Source: Eledone cirrhosa
Lineage: Eukaryota
Reading direction: 5' to 3'
DNA: 64,000 nt
Assembly (NCBI GenBank): GCA_964016885.1
Contig: OZ024761.1
Location: forward strand, 16,864,001-16,928,000
Both the position numbers and the translations under genes were made by a program. Of this stretch, positions 42,644-56,400 are shown one piece after another. The stretch's first letter is position 1. The number at the start of each line of letters is the position of its first letter. Below the pieces are notes generated by a model. That model did not search any database and was not told where the DNA came from. It saw nothing but the letters and a program-made list of their open reading frames with translations.

Positions 42644-42885
42644 CAGAGGAGACTGAGGTTAGCTGGACATGCTCACCGACATCCAGAGTTGACATTGCAG
42701 TCAGTGCGCATTTGGGAGCCCCTACATGGACACACTAGAAGAGGAAGACCAAGGTTAACGTATGTTGATGCCCTAAGGACAGACACTGGTCTGTTGGAGA
42801 CGCAGGACATGGCAGCGATAATGAGGGACAGAGACCGCTGGAGAGAACTCGTCCATGGATCTCGGGAATTTTACCCGCCTTAAAT
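42644..42885 (+). mobile_element. 3' fragment of RTE-like family 2 (another fragment inverted at about 43745-43820)
   Basis: Near-identical to 5965-6205. Confidence 0.9.
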
Positions 42886-43578
42886 AGATGTATGAGAGAG
42901 AGAGAAAGAGAGTTATATTAGGTTCACGCTTGTTAGTGCCAGTCAGCGAATTGGTAGAGTCGTTAGAATACTTTGCAGTATTTGTTCTGTGCTCTGAGTA
43001 CAAAACCAGCTGAGGTCAACTTTTCCTTCCATCCTTTTGAGATTAAAGTACCAATCCAGTACCCCCACACACACATCCCGCATTACTCTCTCTCTGTGTT
43101 CAGACTTGTACAGGGTGAGATCTGCCATGTTTAGAAAAAAAAAATGCCAAAGACACGCTGTATGTCACTATGGCGCCCCTACATTTGTATTAAGGGTTAC
43201 AGATCCATAGATATGTATAAATGTTGGTGCCACGATAAGATGCACCTGGTACACTTTGTAAAAGTTGGTTGGCGTTAGGAAGGGCATCCGGTCGTAGAAA
43301 CAACAACAAAAATCTGTTTGAGGGGCTTTATTAGTTGTCAAGCACATGGCAAGACTCCCTAGAACTGGAAACACGATGAAATATACCTGTTTCACTCTGT
43401 AAAATAGTTGAGCTGGCAGCACGGTAAGATACACCCTGTAAAGTGGTGGGCAAATTAAAGGGAGATTACTACATTGACTGGTGGTATTGAATCAAAGGGA
43501 GACAACTAAATTGAAAAGTAGAGAATTTGATTCTCAGTAATGAAATACACGGACGGTCTCGGTTGTAAACTATATATA

Positions 43579-43711
43579 TATTTATTAAAATAACAGATTA
43601 AAGTTTAAGCAAAGAATCGCTGCTTTCACCCTTAACGGGACCTTCTGAAACTCGTTAAGGGTGAAAGCAGCGATTCTTTGCTTAAACTTTAATCTGTTAT
43701 TTTAATAAATA
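43579..43711. repeat. Near-perfect 133-bp palindrome (family A; second copy 16461-16563)
   Basis: About 60-bp arms are reverse complements. Confidence 0.92.
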
Positions 43712-43884
43712 TTTGCTTTACGGTTCTTATATATTTGATATATCTCTAAGGCGGGTAAAATTCCCGAGATCCATGGACGAGTTCTCTCCAGCGGTCTCTG
43801 TCCCTCATTATCGCTGCCATTTGATATATATTTATCCTTATCGAGCCCTTTTTGGATTTTAGTCTTCAAATTTATTATTATTAC

Positions 43885-43919
<35 letters not shown>

Positions 43920-44347
43920 ATATATATATTTTTATATATATATATATATTTTTAATATGATATCCCTGAAATATATATAATGAAATAAATATGGTTTTAT
44001 AAATGTAGTTTCCATTTGTTTCATATCGTAAAATACTCCAAAACTTGTTGAGTGCTTTTATATCAGTTATAAAATATTTACTCGTTGTAACCCAACAATT
44101 TTAAATAAAACTTTTGCATATATATATATATATATAAATGGAAAAAATGAAACGAAATTTCATTTCTCACTCTTAGTGCGGCTGTTACTTAAATATAAGT
44201 ATGTATACGTACATACATTTATGTATACAGACGTACAGTAGTATGTATATATATACATACATGCACACATATATATGTACGTATGGGTTTACCGAACATT
44301 TATTATAATGCTCGGTTTGTTTGTAAACAAACATCCCGAATTAAGTC

Positions 44348-44401
<54 letters not shown>

Positions 44402-44608
44402 TATACTCGAAAGAGTCGGGGCCCGACGGCTGAGCTCTAGCGTCTGGAACTAGCTGTCGAAACGGCAACAGCTCACCCATCTGGCTCTGACTCTTTCTTC
44501 TGTATTCTGTCTTTCGTTTATATTTTTATTTTCAAAAAATAATAATTTAAGATCACCCCCTATTAATGTGTGACGTACGTGTTCCCCCTCCCCCCAATAA
44601 CCTCAATA

Positions 44609-44666
<58 letters not shown>

Positions 44667-44753
44667 TATACGTGTGTGTGTATCCCCGGTTCAATCATGG
44701 GTAACCACAATAAGTAAGGTACTCAATACATAGTAGAATATATACAATATTTA

Positions 44754-44873
44754 ATATAGAAATGGCTTCTACACGACTAGAAATGTTTCACTCGAAGGAA
44801 ATCCTCAGGAAAGCTTTCCTGATGATTTCTTTCGAATGAAATAGTTCTAGTCGTGTAGAAGCCATTTCTATAT
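44754..44873. repeat. 120-bp palindrome centred on AAGCTT (family B; half copy 63566-63617)
   Basis: Arms are reverse complements with a few mismatches. Confidence 0.92.
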
Positions 44874-45384
44874 ATATGTGTGTGTGTGTGTATAGTGCAG
44901 AATGAAGTATAAAAACAATATAAAAACCTACTTGTCCGTTTGATAACTGAAAACCTCCATGACAGTGGCTAGATTTAGAAGTTAAAGAAAGAGAAAAATA
45001 ACGGTTATGATGTTGAACGCAGCAAAGCATGGAGGCACGAGTGTTCCAGTTGATCCGATCAACGGAACAACCTGCTCGTGCAAGTAGCTGAGCATTTCAC
45101 AGACACGTGTATCCTTTACGTAGTTCTCAGTGAGATTCTGTGTGACACAGTGTGTGGTCAAAGATGGTCCTTTGAAGTACAGTTACAATTTATTTTTGCC
45201 AGTTCAATGGACTGGAGCAGTGTGAAATAAAGTGTCTTGTTCAAATCCACTGAATGATATCGTGAAATCTCTTAACGATATCGAGAAAAAAATCATCATA
45301 GCTATAATTTTAAAGATATAGAGAGAAAGTGACGTCCAAATGAGTATTCTTCACCTCCAGTTAACTTATTCTCCGCCACTGAGT

Positions 45385-46040
45385 CCCTATCCGACAGAAT
45401 GGAGAATACATTTCACCCGGAGGATGGCGAAGGAGACGTGCTGGAACAGCCACTCCACCTCGAGTGGTTCGAACCTGCTGGCGACCAACTCTGCTCCGCC
45501 AGCTGTGAGTAGGGATGTTGTCCGCGGGAACCAAGAACGTCGGAAGTTTCCACTCCTACTGATTCAACCATAAACCCACCAGAGAGCGGCCGATACTTGG
45601 ACAGTTTGCCCTCTTTCGCCTGGTGAGAAAAACATAGCATGACCTAGCTTGGTCGCCGAACATACCAGGTTGCCACTAGATAAGGTGTCACAGCATGTGG
45701 CATCCCAGATGAGGGGGCCTATCCCGCGGAACGGGAAGATTGTGATGCCGTCTGACCTTTTGCCGTCCCCCCAGTTCATCCCCACTGACTCGAGCTGGGA
45801 AGAGAAGTCTGCGCCGTCTAGACCAGGCATGTCAAACATGCGGCCTGCGGCCCTTTACAAGCGCACCTGCGGTCCGCACAAAGGTTTTTACTGCGCGAGC
45901 GTAATATAAAATAAAAAAAATATTAGTTGTAATGTGTGACCCTCAGACAACTCGTGTGACCCATGTGGCCCCTCAGTTTGACATGCCTTGTCGAGACCAT
46001 GCTTTATGGCCAGGAGATGATCTCGGCGAGAATTCCAGCG
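45385..46040 (-). mobile_element. Decayed CRE-like non-LTR retrotransposon, restriction-like endonuclease C-terminus, interrupted by a hAT MITE
   Basis: KRSDGITIFPF....LIWDATCCDT and VETS.VLG motifs resemble the RPDG..WD.T RLE domain. Confidence 0.7.
45824..45989. mobile_element. hAT (Charlie-type) MITE, 166 bp
   Basis: TIRs CAGGCATGTCAAAC / GTTTGACATGCCTT; 8-bp TSD gtctagac / gtcgagac. Confidence 0.85.
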
Positions 46041-46989
46041 AGGTGTTGCAGATAATAATTAGAAGGGATTTTGACTTTTCACAATATTCAAATATTTTAG
46101 GTTTTCGCTCGACAGATTTTACGGGCTAAACCAACCGACGAGAGACTCAGGGGTAGACCTCAAACAAGAGGTTTGGAAAATATCCATGAGCTCGGCTGGT
46201 CTCGCCTGCCGATCCAGCCGGGTCAATCTGAGAATGTTGCTTCCTGCTGGAAGGCGTGCTCGAAGACTCTGCCCTGATGCCCCCTCCACCCAGTAGTATG
46301 TGGGCAAAGAAGAAGGATTTTAAATAACTTTTAGATATAGGGTTTCGGACTTTTCAAATCATTTAGGTATTAAAGGGTTTTGGACTTTTCACAAAATTCA
46401 GATATTTTAGGGTTTCGCTGGACAGATTTTAGGGACTAAACCAACCGAAAGGAGACCTAGGGGTAGACCTCGAGCAAGAGGTTTTGATAACATCCACGAG
46501 AGGGTTCTGTCCTTAGAACTCTCTCAGGAATCAGTGGACAGAGAAGAAGAAGGACTTTTCACAACATTTAGGTATTACAATGTCTGGGATTTTTCCCAAT
46601 AATTAGGTATTACAGTGTCTGGGATTTTTCCAAATAATTAGGTATTACAGTGTCTGGGATTTTTCCCAATAATTAGGTATTACAGTGTCTGGGATTTTTC
46701 ACAACAGTTAGGTATTACAAGGTTTTGGACTTTTCACAATATTTCAATAGTAGAGGGTCTAAGTTCTTGGACTTTCCAAAACATTTAGCTATTTCAGGAT
46801 CTCCAACATTTCAAAACATTTAACCGTTCCGTGTTGTCCAAAGCCGAAAGGAATAAAATTCTAAAATACTTTGAATTATCGGTAAAGTAAATGTCTACTG
46901 TTTGTAGCGTTCGAGACGTTCTGGGGTAGGGTACGGGGGTGCCGCTGAAAACGGGGTTCTTGACATTGTTGGTGGCCCCTCTAACTGAA

Positions 46990-47490
46990 ATATCATGTAA
47001 TGCTCCCGATGAGGGTGCTTGGCTATTCCAACAATTTCGTCTCGCCATCTCCTGGCCTTATTGAAATATAAGGTGATGCTCCTTATGACAGCGCTTGGCT
47101 TCTCCAGTGCCTTAGCCTCGCCATCTTTTGGCCTTTCTGCAGTATCAGGTGAGGCTCCTGGCCAGAGTGCTTGGTTATTCCAGCATCTTAGTCTCGCCAT
47201 CTTTTGGCCTTACTAAAGTATGAGTGTGCTTGGCTATTCAAGAATCCTAGTTTCGCCATTTCTTGGTCTAATTAAAGTATCAAGTGTTGCTCCAAATGAG
47301 AATGCTTGGCTATTCCACCATCTAAGTCTAGCCATCTCCTGACCTTACTGAAGTATTGGATGATGATCCTTGTAAGGGTGCTTGGCTATTCCAGATCCTT
47401 AGCCTCGCTATCTCTTTGCCTTAGTGAAGTATCTCTTGATGTTCCTGGTAAAGGTGCTTGGCTATTACAAGAACCTTAGTCTCGCTATCA
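46990..47490. repeat. Degenerate about 76-bp tandem repeat, about 7 copies; a 43-bp repeat lies at 46550-46745
   Basis: gtgcttggctattcca...tagtctcgccat recurs. Confidence 0.85.
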
Positions 47491-47587
47491 CCCACGGTAA
47501 TATCGTCTATGTTTTGGGATAGCCTCAAAATATTACAGAGGGAAACTGCAGCACTTTCGTTGTAGTGTGTAATAGAAGGAATGCATG

Positions 47588-47621
<34 letters not shown>

Positions 47622-47949
47622 GTGATTGTCTATTTAATTAGTCTCAAACCCGGGATCCAGTGATTGCAAAGCGAACTCCCTAACCATTTAGCCATACTGC
47701 GTCAACCGGCAGCAGTATAACATAATAGCATAAATCACAGGGGCCCACAACAAATGTACTCTTGCTACAAGGTTAATCTGGTACTGTGTATGAAACTCAG
47801 TTAATCCGACACAGTGTATGAATCTAGAAGGAATACGAGACTTGAAGAATTAGAAACACAGTTGTTGATCATTCTCTTTCTTGGTAATTCGCTTTCCGGA
47901 TTATTTTTCACGAGTGGCCTAAATGTCTACTTACACCGTTTATATGCTT

Positions 47950-48003
47950 GTTACTGAGGCAACGCTAATGCTATACACGCTTGAGAAATACGATAACAAC
48001 AAC
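47950..48003 (+). promoter_or_regulatory. RFX X-box (GTTACTGAGGCAAC, 47950-47963) and probable upstream ADGB exon ending at donor AAC|GTAAGA (48004)
   Basis: 14-bp match to the X-box pattern GTNRCY-N2-RGYAAC in unique sequence about 700 bp upstream of the ADGB ATG, followed by a strong donor. Confidence 0.55.
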
Positions 48004-48647
48004 GTAAGAATACGGCGGAGGGTGTGTGTAAAAGATAGATAGATAGAGAGAAACGGAAAGAGAGAGAGAATGTGTATGTTGGAGATATGTAAACAGATAA
48101 AGTAAGAGATAGATAAACAGACAAGGAGATTGAACGAGAAAGATACATAGATATATTTCTTTATTTGCTACAGATAGAAAGGCAGACAGCGAGAGAAGTG
48201 AAAGAGATGGATACATAGATATATTTCTTTATTAGCCACAAGGGCGCACAAGAAAAGGGGACAATACAAAGAAGTGAAAGAGATGGATACATAGATAGAA
48301 AGGCAGACAGTGAGAGAGATAGTGAAATTATATATAGATATATTTATAGAAAGACAGACAGATAGAGAGAATGAAAGAGCTAGATACACAGATAGAAAGA
48401 CAGCCAGATAGAGAGAAGGAAAGAGCTAGATACATAGATATATTTCTTTATTAGCCACAAGGGCGCACAAGAAAAGGGGACAATACATAGAAAGACAGAC
48501 AGTGAGGGAAAGAGTGTGTGTGAAAGAGATAGATAAAAAGACAAAGAGTGACAGAGAGACATACGTAGGGACTGCGAGGGGCAGAGAGACACGGAGAGAA
48601 CTCAGGTGTGGAAAAGGGGAAGATTTTTATAGATTTTAAGCAAGGCT

Positions 48648-48715
48648 ATGTTGCAGAAATCGTCCAAGAAAACGACTGAAGGTAAACGGTATAGTCCTGT
48701 GGCTGCCTCCAAAGA
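48648..48715 (+). CDS. ADGB: ADGB first coding exon ([22 protein letters not shown], ends phase 2)
   Basis: ATG at 48648, donor GA|GTAAGT at 48716; phase 2 matches the next exon; basic N-terminus resembles ADGB start. Confidence 0.7.
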
Positions 48716-50129
48716 GTAAGTACTTTAATTTAACCCTTTTCTCCTTAAACCACTTCTGCTTCAGTTTGTTTAAATTCATCTTAAAAATCTACCAACTTAA
48801 TTTTAAGTAAAAACCTTTGTTAAGTTATGTTCCAAACACCGCTAAAACTATTTTAAAGTGTTTATATTCATCGTAAAACCTACCAACTTAATTTTAAGTA
48901 AAAACCTTTGTTAAGGAAAATGATATCGAGGCAGCAACAATTATTAAAACAATATGAAAACACACACACAGATGTACGGTACACCAAGTCCAAACACAGA
49001 GGAACCAAACTCCCACTGTCTCTCCGTCTCCCCCGCCCTCCCCATGTCTCACAATTTTGAGCAAATGGGGTCCCACGCGCTGGTTGATCCGCAGTCCCAG
49101 CGGACAGAATAGAGAAGGCTTTTCCCTGAAGGATGGTGAAGGAGATGTGCTGGAAGAGTCATTCCAGCTCACTTGCTCACATCTGTGGGTAGCCAGATCT
49201 GTGCCGATAGTGGTGAGTAGGGAGATGGTCCTTGGGCCAAGGACACCAGAAGTCTCCACTGCTAGGGGCTTGACTGCAAACCTATTGGAGAGTGACCGAT
49301 GTTTGGAGACTTTACCCTCTTCAGCCCGAAGTGCTGCAGAGCCTGGGTTAGTCACAGACTGCACCAGATTGCCGCTGGAGAATGTGTTGCTGCATGTGGC
49401 ATCCTAGACGAGGGGTTTACCACCGCAGAATGGGAAAACAGTCATGTGTCTGGCATTATGCCGTCCCCTCAGACTAGCCCCACTGGCTCGAGCTGGGTGG
49501 GGAAGCCTGTAGCATCCAAGCCATGCTTTATGACCTCGTTGAGAGTAGCATGGCGTCTTCTCTCCTGCATACCACCTCAGATTCTAAGCTCTGCCTTTCT
49601 CCCACACTTACATACATTGCACATCAAACGGAGCATGGCTGCTTCAATTATGTCCTGTCTGCACATGTTCTCTGCAGTCACAGCCAATGTTTCACTACCA
49701 TGCAGCATTGCACTTGTTCATATGGAGAAACCTTTTGTGGTCAATAGTGAGAGTAGCTCTGAACTTTTTTCATCCTATCCTTCAAGTTATTATGCTCTCA
49801 CAGCACCCTCCTCCATTGCTAATTAATTACATTGCCTAGATAACAGACGCTATCAACCACTTCTATGGGTCCTTTCTGTAACTGGAATAGGCTTACATGA
49901 CTGGCTATCTTACCCATGGTTACCCCTGTGCACCTTCTACAAAGAAAGTTTTCCCTTTAATAAAAACCTCAATGTCCTCCTTTCAACTTTGACTTTACTC
50001 TGATAATATATGTATGTATATGCACACATACACATAAGAACACACACACACATCATCATCATCACCATTCCCCAAGCGTGAACCTTTGTGTTTTTCCATT
50101 TCTGTGTTTGCCTTGTTTATTCTTGAATG

Positions 50130-50160
<31 letters not shown>

Positions 50161-50443
50161 TTTATGTCTGCTTTTCCCTGCTTGCAAGGGTTGGACGGGT
50201 CCTATTCAGCACAGCATCTCTCCACTTATCACGGTCCTTCGTCATCTCCTCGGTGAGTTTCAGCAATCTGAGGTCTGCTCTCACCACCTCCGCCCATGTT
50301 TTTCGTGGTCTACCTCTACTGTGTCTTCCTTCTACTGGGATTTCTTGGCACTTCTTTACCCAACGGTCATCCTCCATGCGCATCATATGTCCATACCATC
50401 TCAGCCTTCTCTCCTGCACACCACAACTTATCCTTATCCCTCT

Positions 50444-50480
<37 letters not shown>

Positions 50481-53400
50481 GTATATGTATATACTTGCCG
50501 TGGCAATAAAGTCTCTACAATAGTAGGCTGTGTGCTGTATATAGCAGTAAATTTAGTTAATATTAGTTGGAATTTGAACTTTGTTGTATGCATGTGATAT
50601 TCTGTATCAATGCTGTATTTTGTCACAGGCCTATGATATTCTGTATGAATGCTGTATTTTGTCACAGGCCTATGATATTCTGTATGAATGCTGTATTTTG
50701 TCACAGGCCTATGATATTCTGTATGAATGCTGTATTTTGTCACAGGCCTATGATATTCTGTATGAATGCTGTATTTTGTCACAGGCCTATGATATTCTGT
50801 ATCAATGCTGTATTTTGTCACATCATGCATAATTATTTTGCTGTCATTCTTGTGAGTTTATAATACACACATCGAACTGCTCAATCCACAAAAGATTTTT
50901 TCCAGAGGAGAAGAGTAGTGTAATAGGACTACATCATATCTCGCAATAGCCACATTTCATATGCAATTTGGTTAAACAGACCAATGGTAAGTCGCGTATA
51001 AATACATTGTTGCTTTCTTATGAAAACCACTGTACACGATTAGAGAGGAACCAAGACCAGGAAGATGAAAAGACCTACTACAGGATAACTCCTCCCATAA
51101 TCCTGTTAGGAAGAATAGAACAGTTATCAACAAACCATGTTCTACATTTCGTCAATTGTTCTTCTACGGCCTATCTGCTATACAAAATATTCTAGTGTCT
51201 GTACAGAAACTCAGCTTTTGACAATAAATTTATATTTATAGAGAATTGAGTGTTAAAGCGACATATTTATATCATGGAAGTGAGAAGCCTGTTGCTGCAA
51301 GTACGAAGCAACAAACACATTGACTAAGGTATTTTCTTATAATTGTTTGTAATAACAAGGTCCTTGGATGTTTCAACTTGTAGTTGTAAAAAGGCATAAG
51401 TAATTATTTGACTCCTCATTCTTCCTATCGTAGCAATGAACAAACAATCACCATGTAGTCCCGACTTAAATTTGTGTGATCGTTGGGTGTTCAAGTTATT
51501 AAAACAACATCTTTGAAAATTTGTTTTTGTTTCACTAGAAGAGGTGGTAGATGAATTGTTGCGCTGGTTTCGACAATTGCTGAAGGAACTGTTCCAGAAA
51601 GAGTTAAATGCTTTGCATAAGCACTATAAAGAGGTTATTGCATTTAATGGAGATTATGTTTTGCAGAATAAATAAATTTGTTTCAATATGTTGTGCATTT
51701 TCATTTAACCCTTTAGCATTTACATTACTCTCTATATACTATTATATTTTTGAGGTAAAGGCTTTACCTCACATAATTATCTCACATAATATCGAATCTT
51801 CAAGATTTTGATGTTATTTATTTTGAGAACAATGCCTGAATGTCTGTATGAGTGGCCAGTTGTGGCTGGTTTGAAAATAAAGCAGTGAGCGAATTCTGGC
51901 CGGTTTAAATGCTAAAGGGTTAAAGGGTTATTTTAAAGACTTTATTGCCACATCAAGTATTAATGAAAATCTCTCCTTCATCTTTTCAGCTCTAACATTA
52001 CTTCGTATGGAAATGTGACTCCGAGATGTAAAAGTCTTATGTGGCCTGAGTTCACAGATGTGGACTCTGAGAAATGGGTAAGAACACATTAATAGTTTGA
52101 TATAGTTGTTATATGACAGGATACATTAGTACTAGTTGTTGTTGTATGATAGGACACATTAGTTTGACTTGTTGTATGGGAGAACACATTAGTTTGACTT
52201 GTTGTATGGTAGTTCCTTTTTTTACATTGGAACAAATAGTGATAACTATTATTATTGATAAAATGTCATGTTACGACATAAAATGTGTGTTATGGCGGTG
52301 GATTGGCAGTACTGGTAGAGGGTCGGACGCCATGCTTTGACGCATAGAGTTACTGCCCTTGCCATTCTGAGTTCAAATTCTGTCGAGGTTAACTTTGCCT
52401 TTCATCCTTACGGGGGTCGATAAAATAAAGTACCAGTAATGTACTGAGGTTGATTAGTCGACTTCACCCTCTCCCAAAATTGTTGGCCTTGAAATCAGAA
52501 ACCATTATTATTATTGTGGTGGATTGGCAGTATCGGTAGAGGGTCGGATGCCATGCTTTGAAGCATAGAGTTACCTCCCTGTATGATCTGAGTTCAAATC
52601 CCGCCGAGGTTAACTTTGCCTTTCATCCTTCCGGGGTCGATAGAATAAAGTACCAGTAATGCACTGGTTAATTGCTGGCCTTGTGCCAAAAGTAGAAACA
52701 ATTATTATTATTATTATTATTGTGGTGAGAATGGCCCATGTGAAAAGCCTGCTCTGAGCATGTACATGTAGGCTAGTTAATTTGAGAGGGAGAGGGGAGC
52801 TCTTCCCGTGTGCCCTTGAAGTGTCGGCTGATTCAGGATTGGTGGGGTACCTGAGTTATTTGCCCCCCACCCCACTATTGAGGAATTTATTTTGTATATA
52901 TTTTTATAACAATTTTATATTTGTTCATTGTTACTTGTTTTTGTTGTGTATTTTTACTCGATTTTATTGTAAACCCCAACTGTCCCTGTTTTTGTATTGT
53001 CCCCTACATGTGGCCAATAAAGAAATCATTATTCTGGCCCGGCAGTGCTACCGAGGAGCTTTGATAGTTTGAGATAAACTCTACAGCCAGGCCTGTCCAA
53101 GATGCATGCAGAGCGACGAAACCATCCTGCATGCAATCGACCAGTGTCCAAGCATTGCGGACTTGTGGGTTTATGTCGAACACCTGCTGTCACATGTAGG
53201 ACAAATTTGGATATCAACCAAGTCCATTGTGGAGATTGTCCCACCGCCTTATTTTAGTAAAGAAGGGCAAGCATTTTTATGTCTTGTGGCCATGATGAAA
53301 GAAGTTATATGGTGGATACGCTTCAAAGGTTTGAAGAAGAGCATTTTCCTCTTTGGCGAAGCCCAGATTAAATTTTTCAGGTTCCACTTGAGGAGGAAAA

Positions 53401-56400
53401 TCAGGATAGTGAGAGAAGTGCTGTCTTCAGAGCTATTTGTTGAAAGGTGGGTGAGAGAAGGGAGCCTGGCCCGAATGAATGGGCCTGCTCTGAGTGTGAG
53501 CCTGTAGATTGGATGAGTACATATACTGGGATAGGGTACTTACCCTAAAGATAAGGGCATCCTTGGTTTTATGGGGTTTTTTCCATGAATGACCCTTGAT
53601 CTCTCTATTGAGGAACCTTCTTTGTTTTAATTTTATTGTAATCTTTTTTTTTTTCAACATTGTTAAAATTTATTTACACACAAAGCCCATACACCAACAC
53701 ACACTCTATGTTTTCGTCCTGTACTGTCATAATGTTTTTCTTGATGTAAACCCTTTGTGGTTAATAAAGAAATCATTATTACTATTATTATTATTATTGT
53801 TGTGGATTGGCAGTATCAGTAGAGGGTCTGACGCCGTGCTTTGCAGCAAAGAGTTACGGCCCTTTATGGTCTGAGTTCAAATTTTGCGGAGGCTAACTTT
53901 GCCTTTCATCCTTACGGGGTCGATAAAATAAAGTACCAGTAATGCACTGGGGTAATTGCTGGCCTTGTGCCTATAGTAGAATCAATTATTATTGTTGTTG
54001 TTGTTGTTAAATATTTAATCATTCCAGGATTCTCCAGCGAAATCAAAAGATACAGGAAAGTTAAAATCCCCTATGGTGAGTGTCTAAAGGTGTTTATTTT
54101 TCTCTCTTGAAAGTGGTCCATTGGTCAGATGAATGATCATGTGATCGTTCATGTGATTGGTCATGTGATTGTAGATTAGGAGTGACCTATTGATTATTTT
54201 ACTACTCATGTGATTGTAGATGTTGGTGACCTATTAGTCATGTAATTAGGTCCTGTAAGCTCAGGCAGACACATGAAAGGGCTATAAATTAAGCCTTTGT
54301 AGATTAGGGAGATACAAACCCTTTTTTTTAGAGAGAGGGTCCACAAAATACATGAGGTATTCCATCGCTGATACTAGCTTCCTCTGTAACAGTAAGAAAT
54401 CTTTGACACTTAATTTCGTGTTTATGATTTATGTGATAAATGCACCCAGTACACTCTGTAAAGGGGTTGACGATACGAAGGGCATCCAACCATAATAAAT
54501 TTGCCAAACAACGAGTCAGGAGGCCCCTTCAGTCATGTTAAAGACATAACAACCTCTCTACTAGAGTTTGTGATTTACACTATGAATGCACTCAGTACAC
54601 TCTGTAAAGTGATTGGCGATATGAAGGACATCCAACAATAGAAACCCTGCAGAACAACTAACTATGAGGACTCTTTAGCTGTGTCAAATACATAACAATT
54701 TCCCTAGTGCACTCTATATGCAAGTGATATGCAGCCCTTTAGTCTATCTGAGTTGTTAATGGTATCAGTTAAATGTTTATGATGATATATATATATATAT
54801 ATATATATATGATGATATATATATGATGATATATATATATGATATATATATGTATATATATCATCATATATATATATGATATATATATATCATCATATAC
54901 ATATATATATATATATCATCATGTGATGATATATATATATATATGTATATATATCATCATGTGATGATATATATATATATATATATATATATCATCATCA
55001 TCATCATCACCGTTTTACGTCCGTATATATATCCGTATATATATATATCATATATATGATGATATATATATGTATATATATGATTATATGTATATATATG
55101 ATGATATATATATGTATATATATGATGATATATATATGTATATATATATATGATAATATATATCATCATCATCATCATCATCAACGTTTAACGTCCGTGT
55201 TCCACGCTTGCATGGGTTTGGACGGGGGTAGTCCCACTTGAGGCAAGAGTGATTGTCTTGCTCGCATAGGACTGTCTGGCAGGTTTTCTACAGTTGGATG
55301 CCCTTCCTAACACCAACCACATTTACAGTGTGGGTCTGGGAGGTTTTTACCGTGTTGCCTACACGGCCACATTACAGCGTGGACTGTGTGTTTTTTTGTC
55401 GTGACACCTACACGATCTCATTTGTTTCGGCCTCGATGGCGCGGCACCAACATAACTTTACATAGAACGGGGTGGTGTGGATGGGGTGGGGGTGGTGGGA
55501 CGGGGTGTATTTTGTTAGAGATGCCTACTGGCTGGAGTAGGTTTTACTATATATTTAGGTAAGGCGGGTCTTCTCTGTTACTGAGTACCGCCAAAGGTCT
55601 CGGTCCAGTGACATTGTCTTGGAGAGGTGTAAGTGTGTGATGTCGGAGTTTATCAGCTCGTCCCAGGTTTTTCTAGGTCTGCCTATTCCGTGACTACCGT
55701 CTTTCTTTATTGCCCTGCACTTTGTTATACAGCTATCGACTTTCATGCGCATCACGTGTCCATACCAACGTAGCCTTCTCTCGAGTAAACAACATCTGAT
55801 CCCTCTTATCTCTAATTTTTATATATATGTATATATATATGATGATATATATATATATGATAATATATATATATATGATGATGTATATATATGATGATAT
55901 GTATGTATATATATGATGATATATATATATGTATATATATATATGATGATATATGTATATATATATGATGATATATATATATATATAAATATATATATAA
56001 ATATATATATATATGTATATATATGATGATATATATATATATGTGAATGTATATATATGATGATATATGTATGTATATATATAGACACACACATATGTAT
56101 GTGTGTGTGTGTATGTATATATCTGTTGGTACATCACCATACCACATCTACCACCACCGTTTTATAACTAAAACTCTGAACAACCTGTTATTAGATGCTC
56201 CATTTTGATGACCCTGAAGGAAAGGTTGAGATGCCCCCATCACTGAAGGTTGATTGTTGGAAACGACCCCATGAAATCTGGGGTGAGAAGGTAAGGCGAA
56301 AGGAAGTTTCTTGTAATGCCATCAATAACAATGAGGAATACTAACCACTAAAATGTTAAGATTTCTTCTTCAGAACCAGCAAATACTTGAGCTCTGATCA

